From Macrostomum hystrix (lineage: Eukaryota; Animalia; Platyhelminthes): a DNA stretch of 64,000 nt. Shown here piece by piece: positions 39,501 through 51,500 of the stretch; positions within the stretch are counted from its first letter, which is position 1, and every line of letters starts with the position of its first letter. Location of the stretch: contig CATNEN010000038.1 of assembly GCA_950097015.1 (NCBI GenBank), forward strand, positions 15,562,001 through 15,626,000, read 5' to 3'. A program made the position numbers and the translations under genes. The notes beneath the pieces were generated by a model. That model was given only the letters and a program-made list of their open reading frames with translations, did no database searches and was not told the DNA's origin.

Positions 39501-42500
39501 CCATCTATTATCTTACCAGATTCCATCTATTATCTTCCTTAATCCCATCTATCTTGTTCCCAGATTCTATCTATTGTCTTCCCAGATTCCATCTATTATC
39601 TTCCCTGATTCCATCTATTATCTTCCCAGATTCTATCTATTATCTTCCCAGATTCCATCTATTATCTTCCCAGATTCTATCTATTATCTTTCCAGATTCT
39701 ATCTATTATCTTCCCAGATTCCATCTATTATCTTCCCTAATCCAATCTATTATCTTCCCTAATTCCATCTATTATCTTCCCTGATTCCATCTATTATCTT
39801 CCCAGATTCTATCTATTATCTTCCCAGATTCCATCTATTATCTTCCCTAATCCAATCTATTATCTTCCCAGATTCCATCTATTATCTTCCCTGATTCCAT
39901 CTATTATCTTTCCAGATTCTATCTATTATCTTCCCAGATTCCATCTATTATCTTCCCTAATCCAATCTATTATCTTCCCTAATTCCATCTATTATCTTCC
40001 CTGATTCCATCTATTATCTTCCCAGATTCCATCTATTATCTTCCCAGATTCCATCTATTATCTTCCCAGATTCCATCTATTATCTTCCCTGATTCCATCT
40101 ATTATCTTCCCTGATTCCATCTATTATCTTCCCAGATTCCATCTATTATCTTCCCAGATTCCATCTATTATCTTCCCTAATCCAATCTATTATCTTCCCT
40201 AATTCCATCTATTATCTTCCCTGATTCCATCTATTATCTTCCCAGATTCCATCTATTATCTTCCCTGATTCCATCTATTATCTTCCCAGATTCCATCTAT
40301 TATCTTCCCAGATTCCATCTATTATCTTCCCTGATTCCATCTATTATCTTCCCTGATTCCATCTATTATCTTCCCAGATTCTATATATTATCTTCCCTAA
40401 TCCAATCTATTATCTTCCCAGATCCCATCTATTATCTTCCCTGATCCCATCTAATTTCTTCCCAGATCCCATCTATTATCTTCCCAGATCCCATCTATTA
40501 TCTTCCCTGATCCCATCTAATTTCTTCCCAGATCCCATCTATTATCTTCCCAGATTCCATCTATTATCTTCCCTGATTCCATCTATTATCTTCCCAGATT
40601 CCATCTATTATCTTCCCAGATTCCATCTATTATCTTCCCTGATTCCATCTATTATCTTCCCTGATTCCATCTATTATCTTCCCAGATTCTATGTATTATC
40701 TTCCCTAATCCAATCTATTATCTTCCCAGATCCCATCTATTATCTTCCCTGATCCCATCTAATTTCTTCCCAGATCCCATCTATTATCTTCCCAGATCCC
40801 ATCTATTATCTTCCCTGATCCCATCTAATTTCTTCCCAGATCCCATCTATTATCTTCCCAGATCCCATCTATTATCTTCCCAGATCCCATCTATTATCTT
40901 CCCAGATCCCCATCTGGTGTAAACCAATCCCAGCAACTCACCCCTTGAATGGACATGTCGGTGCACCTAGATGCCAGATTGTTGCCAATCCGGGTGACAT
41001 TCTGAGACGCCTCAACAATAGCCTTGGCCGTGTCCAACAGATCCTTCTTGGAGCTGTTTTGCTCGCTAAAAGTACATTCGAGATAATAAAAAAACTTATG
41101 GCTAATAAATAAATTATCGAATTCAGCGATCATTTGTCTGAAGCAGTCTACTCACTTCATAATCTGGTTGAGTCTGGCGAACAGCAGAGATATCTTCTCG
41201 GCAGCGGCAATGATTTCATTATCCTCAGATGAGTACTGAGTGACCTGCTGGTGCAGTGAGCGGGCCGCCTCCTGCAAGGGGAAAATTATAGAGCCTTAAT
41301 TCTGAATGGCGGCGAAGAAATTGGTTTCATGGTTTATAAATGGTGACTACTTTAGATATGAATATGGAAATGAGAAATTGGATTTGGGAAGCTGAGAGAT
41401 AGGAATATAATTGAGTTAGGGGCCTGGCGAGATGTCGAGAGGTGGGTGATCTGGGAAGATGTCAGATGGGGATCAGGAAAGATGAAAATGGGGATCAGGG
41501 AAGATGACAGATAGGAAATTGGGAATATAATTAAGATAGGGGCCTGGGAAGATTAGAGTTAGGGATCTGGCAAGATTGGAACTCGCGATTTGGGAAGATG
41601 AGAAATGGGGATTTGGGAAGATGGTAGATGGGAATCTGGGAGGATGACAGATGGGGATCTGGGAAGATCAAAAATTAAGATCTGGGAAGACGGCAGATGG
41701 GGATCTGGGAAGATGGCAGATGGGGATCCGAGAAGATGGCAGATGGGGATCTGAGAAGATGGCAGATGGGGGTCTGGGAAGATGGCAGATTGGGATCTGT
41801 GAAGATGATAAGACGGGATCTGGGAAGATGACATATGGGGATCTGAGAAGATGATAAGACGGGATCTGGGAAGATGGCAGATGGGGATCTGGGAAGATGG
41901 CAGATGGGGATCTGGGAAGATGGCAGATGGGGATCTGGGAAGATGACAGATTGGGATCTGGGAAGATGGCAGATGGGGATCTGAGAAGATGATAAGACGG
42001 GATCTGGGAAGATGGCAGATGGGGATCTGGGAAGATGGCAGATGGGGATCTGGGAAGATGGCAGATGGGGATCTGTGAAGATGATAAGATGGGATCTGGG
42101 AAGATGAGAAACAAAATTGTGTCCAGTAGAGACAATAATCACAGGATTGAAACATGAAATGCTCACCAAAATAGGCTGTGTAACTTGAGTGGTCGCTGGC
42201 TGGTCAAACAGGCGCTCACTCAACTGCTCTGTGGGCACCAGGCCGAAGGACACGGATGGCGATTGTTGCTGGGCAGCAGGGGCGCCAGTTTTAACCGGCG
42301 GCCGAGCTGAAGATAAAGGTGCCGTCAGCGTAGCCGACGGAGTTGACGTAGGCGGCGGCAGTTGATGCTCAACCCGATCTATCTGAGCATAATCATCAGC
42401 TTCAACTTCGTCAGAGGAGAAACGCGTTTTAGTTGGAGGCGACAACTTCTGCTGCTGCTGCTGCTGCTGCGGCTTTGGTGGCGGCGGCGGGGGCTGCGGT

Positions 42501-45500
42501 GGCTCAAAGCCGAGGGAATGAGATGGACTTTTGCTGGTCCATTGCTGCTGCTGCTGCTGGGGCTGGCGGATCTGAGGCGACATTGCGCTGCTTGGGGTCT
42601 CGCTGGAACTGGAGCTTACACGGCGCTCGCTTGGCTCTACGGTGCAAGGATTTGGGAAGATCCATATTTGTAGGATCCTAAAGAATGAAACTGAGGATTT
42701 AGGGGAGATCGAATGAAACTGAGGATTTGGGGAAATAGGTATGAAACTGAGGATTTGGGAAATGGAATGAAACTGAGGATTTGGGGAAATAGGTATATAT
42801 GAAACTGAGGATTTAGGGAGATTAATTGAAACTGAGGATTTGAGAAGTAGGTATGAAACTGAGGATTTAAGAAATAGGTGTGAAAGTGGGGATTTGCGAA
42901 AATGCATAAGAAAAATTAGGATCTTTGGAAGATGGAAAAGACCACATGAAAGGAAAATAAGTAAAAATTGAGTATAATAATTAACCGCAAATAGGGGAGA
43001 ACTGGATGAGGGATCTCACTGTATCGGGTGAGCAGCAGTTCTCCAAGCAGGTCCAGAATCTGCTGATTAGCGTCACGCCAGACGGGACCCCGCTCGGCCG
43101 GCTCAGAGGCGGCCGCCTTAGCCGCCGTCACCATGGCGCCGATGGCGTCTCTGAGGCGGGCAGCCTGTCGAGCCAAGTCCGCCTTGGCCGCGGCGTCCAG
43201 GCAGTTGTCCGCGTCGGCCTGCAACAGCTGGACGGCCCGGTGGGCGCGCCGGGCGGCTGCCGATGTGGATGCCACGAACTGCTGCTGCTTGGCGCGGTCC
43301 AGGCCGGACGGACCTGAGGGAAAAATGCAATTGGATTTCAGCTCTAGAATCAGAGAGAAATGATAATCAGAGCAGTGGTAGAAAGAAACTGAGTAGGGGT
43401 AGAAAGAATCTGGGTAGGGGTAGAAAGAATCTGGGTAGGTGTAGAAAGAATCTGGGTAGGGATAGAAAGAATCTGAGCAGGGATAGAAAGAATCTGAGCA
43501 TAGGTAGAAAGAATCTGAGCATAGGTAGAAAGAATCTGAGCAAGGGTAGAAAGAATCTGAGCATGGGTAGAAAGGATCTAAGCATGGGTAGAAAGAATCT
43601 GAGCAGGGATAGAAAGAATCTGAGCAAGGGTAGAAAGAATCTGAGCATGGGTAGAAAGAATCTGAGCAAGGATAGAAAGAATCTGAGCAAGGGTAGAAAG
43701 AATCTGAGCAAGGGTAGAAAGAATCTGAGCAAGGGTAGAAAGAATCTGAGCATGGGTAGAAAGAATCTGAGCATGGGTAGAAAGAATCTGAGCAAGGGTA
43801 GAAAGAATCTGAGCATGGGTAGAAATGATGCGAGTGGGGGTAGAAAGAATCTGGGTAGACAGCTCGCAAAGTACCTGAGGCTCCAGTGGAGGAGCTGGCC
43901 AGAGCGGCAGCGGCGACTTCGGAGTCCGCGGCCACGTCGGCCAGCAGCTGGCGCAGGCAGGCGGGCACATCGGCCATCCGGTCCAGCTTGGCCCGCAGCC
44001 GTTCAACGGAGTCACGCCAGGCGTCTTGAAGCTGGCGCAGATGATCAGAGACCGCGTTGGACGCCGGCCCAGCGCCGCCGTTGACGAGGCGAGCCCGGCC
44101 AGCGTTAGCCAGCTGGGGCGCCAGGCGAATCAGCTGGTCCGTGACGGCGCGAACCCCGGCCTGACGAGAACCACGCTCGCTGGCGTTGTCGGCCGCCGCT
44201 GACAGATTGTTTGGCGGCTTCAGCGCGGCCAGCTCGGCGGCCTCGGATAACTGAGCAGCCTGCATGAGAAAAGGATTGTGTGATAAGCAGGGGGGTTGGC
44301 ATAATCGGGAATGAGAGGGGTAGAATGGAGGTGGGAGTGAGAAACAAGCAGAGTAGGAGTAGAAACAGTCTGAGAAAGAGTATAAATAATCTAGGTCGGG
44401 ATATATAAATGTATACAGACTCTAAGGGTAGAATAAGTCTAAGAAAGGGTAGAAACAATTAGAGTTGGGGTAGAAAGTAGGTGCATTGGTGCAAGTAAAA
44501 AGAATTTAGGGAAGAAAGGATGGTTAAAAAGGAAAAAGGATAAAGGATGAAAATACGGAGTAGAAAGGAAGGGTAGAATGAATGGTTAGAGAGAAGGGGG
44601 TAGAAAGGAAGGGGCAGAAAGGAAGGGGTAGAAAGGAAGGGTAGAATGAATGGTTAGAGAGAAAGGGGTAGAAAGGAAGGGGCAGAAAGGAAGGGGTAGA
44701 AAGGAAGAGGCAGAAAGGAAGGGGTAGAAAGGAAGGGGCAGAAAGGAAGGGGTAGAAAGGAAGAGGCAGAAAGGAAGGGGTAGAAAGGAAGGGGCAGAAA
44801 GGAAGGGGTAGAAAGGAAGGGTAGAATGAATGGTTAGAGAGAAAGGGGTAGAAAAGAAGGGGCAGAAAGGAAGGGGTAGAAAGGAAGGTAGAATGAATGG
44901 TTAGAGAGAAAGGGGTAGAAAGGAAGGGGCAGAAAGGAAGGGTAGAATGAATGGTTAGACAGAAAGGGGTAGAGAGGAATCGGTAGAAAGGAAGGGGTAG
45001 AAAGGAAGGGTAGAATGAATGTTAAGACAGAAAAGGTAGAACGAATGGTTTGACAGAAAGGGGTAGAAAGGAAGGGTAGAATGGTATGGGTAGAAAGGAA
45101 GGGGTAGAAAGGAGGGGAAGAAAGGAAGAGGAGGAAAGGAAGGGGTAGAAAGGAAGGGATAGAAAGGAATGGGTAGAAAGGAAGGGGTAGAAAGGAGGGG
45201 AAGAAAGGAAGAGGAAGAAAGGAAGGGGAAGAAAGGAAGGGGTAGAAAGGAGAAATAGTAAAAAAGGAAAAGCAAGGAAGTATCAGCACGGCAGGCAGGG
45301 TCAGATAAGCTGGCGAGCAGCATTGGTCACGCACCTGTCTCCGCACGGAGTCAGCGGATGCGTAGAAGGCGTCCGTCTCGCCCCGCTCAGCGCACTCAAC
45401 CAATCGTTTAATCGGTCCCATGGGATCTAGGAAGGCATCGCAGGTGGCCCTGATGCCGCTGGGTCCCAGGAGGCTGTTCAGCTCGGTCAGCTGGTCGAGC

Positions 45501-48500
45501 AGGCGAGCTCGAGCGGTCTCGCGCTCGCCAGACGGCACGTCGTTGAGGTTCAAAAGCCGCCTGGCCAAGGCGGCCGACGAGGCTGCGAGCTCCTGGACTC
45601 TAGCGTGATTCGACTGCATTGCCGGTTGAACAGCTTCGATGGAGGCCTCGGCGGCCAGTTCCAGATTGCAGGGCTGACGCTGCAAGGCGCTGATGGCTTC
45701 AACCAGAGTTTTCGATTGGCCCGGATGCTGGCCGCCCAGCTGCGCCTGATTGGCCCGACGGCCAGGACGCAGGTCCGGAGCGCCGTGGCCGATCAGGCGA
45801 CTTTTGTCTCCGCATTCAACAGCAAGTGCCAGCACCTGATTGGTTGATTAGATTTGTGAATTTGTTTTCAAAGTGCTGACTATAATACTCCAGAAATATA
45901 CTACAGTTATAAGCTAAAAATGCTTACTTACTAAAAATGCTCTCAGAAAATCGTCTAATCTACTCATCTAATCTACTAGACTACGGCTCGTACTACTCTA
46001 CTTAACACAAAATATCTGCTACTCTAATAGATATTAGATATTTGGGACTAAAACATCCCACTCTACTCCTAAAACCTACCACCCTACTCCAAAAACATAC
46101 CACTCTACTCCTAAAACCTACTACTCAACTCCAAAAACCTACCCCTCTACTCCAAAAACATACCACTTCTACTCCTAAAACCTAACACTCAACTCATAAA
46201 ACCTACTACTCTACTCCAAAAACATACCACTCTACTCCAAAAAACCCACCACTATATCTAAAAACTGCCAAAATCAATCAATCAATCAACTCTGTCTAAT
46301 CTAGTATTCTACCGCAAAAATCAACAAATTGATTACCTGTCTCTCAACCTGTGCCAATAGTGACTCAGTCTGGTCATTCAGGCCATCGCGAGCACTCTGG
46401 CACAGACTGTCCATTGTGCCAACCAGCTCCTGGTGCAGCTGTTCAACACCCGGCCTGTCAAGCCATCCGCATTCGCACAGGCAGTCGCGCAGTTGAACGC
46501 CGAAATCTGTCAGGTCAGGAGGTGCGGAGCCGTTAGCGGCCGAACGAGCCTGCTGCAGACCCTGCTTCAGTAGGCGCAGCAGCTTCTGCCTGTCAGACGC
46601 GATGGCGTGAAACAGGAGCATATCAATGACGTCAAGAAGCAGTGCGGTTAGCTTGTCGACGGTTAGGGCCACATTGTCAGTCACCTCCTTGATGCCGTTC
46701 GATTCTATAATATGATTTTTATTCAGAATTCAAGAACTTAACTTTTTTTCTGAAAGCCCGATATCTTTTTAACCTTTATATTGTTAAATGCTTACTTCAA
46801 GTAGACTAGTTTGCAAGTAGTTATAAAAATATTTGATAAAAATTTGACCGATATTAGATAAATCATGGTACTACTTACTGGTCAGTAGTAGAATGAGTCG
46901 CAGTTTCAATTCGGACAGCAGCTCCTCAACAAGACCGGGTAGGCGATTAATTTCGCCTAATAGAAAGTCCCGCTCCTCTTCGTCAAGAAGCTCGGAGGCT
47001 CGGGAAATCACGGCCTGGTTGACCCGGGGCAGTAGGACGTTCAGGTCGTCCTGCAGGGAGAGAGGGCATTGTTTTAGAGGGGGCTAGTGTCAGAGGGGGC
47101 GTGTGTCAAAGGGGGCGAGTGTCAAAGGGGGCGAGTGTCAGAGGGGGTTTGTCAGAGGGGGCGAGTGTCAGAGGGGGCGAGTGTCAGAGGGGGGTTTGTC
47201 AGAGGGGGCGAGTGTCAGAGGGGGCGAGTGTCAAAGGGGGCGAGTGTCAAAGGGGGCGAGTGTCAGAGGGGGGATTTGTCAGAGGGGGCGAGTGTCAGAG
47301 GGGGCGAGTGTCAGTGGGGGGTTTGTGAGAGGGGGCGAGTGTCAGAGGGGGCGAGTGTCAGAGGGGGGTTTGTCGGAGGGGGCGAGTGTCAGAGGGAGGT
47401 TTGTCGGAGGGGGCGAGTGTCAAAGGGGGTGAGTGTCAGAGGGGGGTTTGTCAGAGGGGGCGAGTGTCAGAGGGGGCGAGTGTCAGAGGGGGCGAGTGTC
47501 AGAGGGGGCGAGTGTCAGAGGGGGCGTGTGTCAAAGGGGGCGAGTGTCAAAGGGGGCGAGTGTCAGAGGGGGGATTTGTCAGAGGGGGCGAGTGTCAGAG
47601 GGGGCGAGTGTCAGTGGGGGGTTTGTGAGAGGGGGCGAGTGTCAGAGGGGGCGAGTGTCAGAGGGGGGTTTGTCGGAGGGGGCGAGTGTCAGAGGGAGGT
47701 TTGTCGGAGGGGGCGAGTGTCAAAGGGGGTGAGTGTCAGAGGGGGGTTTGTCAGAGGGGGCGAGTGTCAGAGGGGGCGAGTGTCAGAGGGGGCGAGTGTC
47801 AGAGGGGGCGAGTGTCAGAGGGGGTTTGTCAGAGGGGGCGAGTGTCAGAGGGGGGTTTGTCAGAGGGGGCGAGTGTCAGAGGGGGCGAGTGTCAAAGGGG
47901 GCGAGTGTCAGAGGGGGGATTTGTCAGAGGGGGCGAGTGTCAGAGGGGGCGAGTGTCAGTGGGGGGTTTGTGAGAGGGGGCGAGTGTCAGAGGGGGGTTT
48001 GTCGGAGGGGGCGAGTGTCAGAGGGAGGTTTGTCGGAGGGGGCGAGTGTCAAAGGGGGCGAGTGTCAAAGGGGGCGAGTGTCAGAGGGGGCGAGTGTCAG
48101 AGGGGGGTTTGTCAGAGGGGGCGAGTGTCAGAGGGGGCGAGTGTCAAAGAGGCGAGTGTCAGAGGGGGGATTTGTCAGAGGGGGCGAGTGTCAGAGGGGG
48201 CGAGTGTCAGTGGGGGGTTTGTGAGAGGGGGCGAGTGTCAGAGGGGGCGAGTGTCAGAGGGGGCGAGTGTCAGAGGGGGCGAGTGTCAGAGGGGGGTTTG
48301 TGAGGGGGCGAGTGTCAGAGGGGGGTTTGTGAGAGGGGGCGAGTGTCAGAGGGGGGTTTGTGAGAGGGGGCGAGTGTCAGAGGGGGCGAGTGTCAGAGGG
48401 GGGTTTGTCAGAGGGGGCGAGTGTCAGAGGGGGCTAGTGTCAGAGGGGGGTTTGTCAGAGGGGGCGAGTGTCAGAGGGGGCGAGTGTCAGAGGGGGCGAG

Positions 48501-51500
48501 TGTCAGAGGGGGGCGAGTGTCAGAGGGGGTTTGTCAGAGGGGGCGAGTGTCAGAGGGGGCGAGTGTCAGAGGGGGCGAGTGTCAGAGGGGGCGAGTGTCA
48601 GAGGGGGTTTGTCAGAGGGGGCGAGTGTCAGAGGGGTGGGTGTCAGTGGGTGAGAGTCACAAGTGTGAGTGTTAAAGGGAAATTAAATAATGTGAAAATA
48701 ACAGCTTACTAAACACTAAAACAAGTCAGTGCAAGCTATCACTCCCAGAGCTATTAAATTTCACTAAATTCTAGTCGGATAAGCATCTCTTCAACTGCTG
48801 CTAGCAATTTATCAGGGGAGGGGTGCATTTATACAAATCGAGGACTTCCGCCAGATAAGTGATGGAGCGTACGGGGTCAAATGATAAACAATCGCTCTTT
48901 TAACGAGTAAAAAACTTCACAGCAACACAAACGGAGGACACTGAGAGGGCAAGATTTTGTAAGAAGAGGAACAACAAGAAGTGAGAGAGAAGGGAGTGGC
49001 TAAATAAGGCGGAGAGCGAGTGTAGGAGTGGGGAGAGTGAGGATGGGAGTGGGGAGAGTAAGGATGGGAGTGGGGAGAGTAAGGATGGGAGTGGGGAGAG
49101 TAAAGATGGGAGTGGGGAGAGTAAGGATGGGAGTGGGGAGAGTAAGGATGGGAGTGGGGAGAGTAAGGATGAGAGTGGGGAGAGTAAGGATGGAGTGGGG
49201 AGAGTAAGGATGGGAGTGGGGAGAGTAAGGATGGGAGTGGGGAGAGTAAGGATGGGAGTGGGGAGAGTAAGGATGGGAGTGGGGAGAGTAAGGATGGGAG
49301 TGGGGAGAGTAAGGATGGGAGTGGGGAGAGTAAGGATGGGAGTGGGGAGAGTAAGGATGGGAGTGGGGAGAGTAAGGATGGGAGTGGGGAGAGTAAGGAT
49401 GGGAGTGGGGAGAGTAAAGATGGGAGAAACGCAAGCTTTTTTTGTGTAGAGATATTATCCAGCTTTCTAATTAAACAATAATAAGAAATGGTTGCGAAAT
49501 TCATCAGTTTTTCTCCAAAGGAAGTGCATCTAGATTTCTTATGTGCCTAGCCATATTAGCTAGACAGGCAGACAGCCTATTCTGATCCAGTTTCCACACT
49601 CACAGGGGCAACATGACTGGGCTGACTCGCATTTCGCAGTCAGCATAACTAACTTGGCAGAGAAAAAGTGCGACTTTAAATGGTAACACGGAGGGTGAGA
49701 GAGGAAGGCAGATAATATAGCAAAGCTGACTAATATATACTAGAATGCATGCTTTACAATCTCTGATACCGACAAAGCCTTTTATACACTAGGCTAAACT
49801 CTATAATGTGAATTGCGCATTCATTACTATAAATATTTTTATCTAAAGAAAATTTAATGGAAAAAAGAAAAAAAAGTCATGAAAAAAATATCTAGATTGA
49901 TTAAGTTAACTTTCAGCAGTTTGTTAATAAATAATAATCACAAAACTAATCGCTTAATACAATGTCTTATCTTAATTGGAATATTCTTCTTGCTATTTCA
50001 GAGGTCCATCATGAGATCTTTATCTCAAGGAGTTCAGATTTCTACGAGTAATTATAAACAATAGACCTTTTTAACTGAAGAATTACCAAGGGAGATTTTC
50101 CCCACTGACAATTCTTTGTGATCAGCGCAAGCACACGAAACTCAAGAACACGGGCCAATTTTTTGTTGCGCATCTTCTGAAACAATAATTAAGTCGTCAG
50201 CCCTTCAGACCGTCGAGATATTCAATGGTTCTGGCCGAAGGTGAGATTTTTACAATAAGCGCTAGTGTATTTCATATCCCCCCTATACGGCCTCAGTGTG
50301 GCCTTGACAGGCTTTCAAAATAGATAAAAGTAGGTGACCACCGAAGACGGAGACGATGCTGGCACATTCGGGTGACGTGCTGCTAAAGTTTGAAGGCCTG
50401 GCAATACACTGGCTCTTATAGCAAAAATCTGACCTTCGGACAGAACGTTGAATATCTCGACGGTCTCAAGGGCTGGCGACTTGATTATTGTTTCAGAAGA
50501 TGCGCAAAAAAATTGGCCCGTGTTCACGCGTTCTTGAGTTTTGTATGATTGCGTTGCTCTGTTTGGGCGCACCAAAAAAATTGTCAGAGGGTGGCAAAAT
50601 GTATTCGTAGTTTGATAACTGTTAATACGACATCTCACCTGAATAAAGTGCACCAAGTGTTCCTCAGTCTCCATGCCGCAGACTGGTTGCAGTCGATCGA
50701 TTAATAGTCGGCAATTGTTGACTATTTTGCGCACCTCGGACTCGTCCCAGGCTAGGAGAATATCGTGGGTGCCCTTTGCAAAAACAAAAAACAGCTATTA
50801 GCGCGTTGGTCAAGAAATCAATAATTGAAAAAAGTGGATCGTGAATTTGTAGAATTATAATAAATAATTCTTTCCTTCACATCACTCATTTAAGCGTCAA
50901 ATAAATGTACACAAAAAACTAGTTATTTGATAGCTGGGTGAATGAGCCAAAGGCCAAAGGGAAATTACGTTTCTAAGAAAACATTTAGAGGCAGGGATTC
51001 AGAAAAAAACTACACTAAGGAGGTAGGACAAATATGAGACTCTGTTTTGCAAATCAATCACGGTCACTAAATTTCATACGTATTTTTAGGCGAAAAATGG
51101 CCTTCATTAAATTTTCTTAGAAACACAGTTTCCCGACCTTCTTTAGGAAGGGAGTGGCAGAGAGGTAACGCGTTTACCTCCTGCACCAAGGTCCCTGAGC
51201 TCGATTCCGCGGCGAGGCCACATAGGGCGCAGCCGCGGAGAGAAGGCTTGGTTGGGGGCTTGTCGTGCAATATACGCCCTTGACTGCCAACCTCCAAGGC
51301 ACAGTGAAATGTACACTGCCTGACGATGAAAAAGTCGGGGCAGATGTACACACCTGTGCGAGCGTATGCCTGTGCTCAGGAGTCAGCGAAATGGGCAGAA
51401 TTGCCTCCTAGTGTCACAAACTGATGTTCGATTGCCCGCAGCCCTCGTGCAATTATTTCTACTCCTAGTGATCATTAAAACAAGACATAACTCTGTAGAA

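Noticed and set aside
47087-48712. 541-aa Gly/Arg/Cys-rich ORF and overlapping ORFs
   Set aside because: G-rich minisatellite antisense within a vinculin intron; several frames are open, as expected for a stop-poor unit.
51318-51350. Hammerhead ribozyme (CTGACGA...GAAA)
   Set aside because: No stem II between the core motifs, and the other copy lacks CTGA; it is a simple hairpin.
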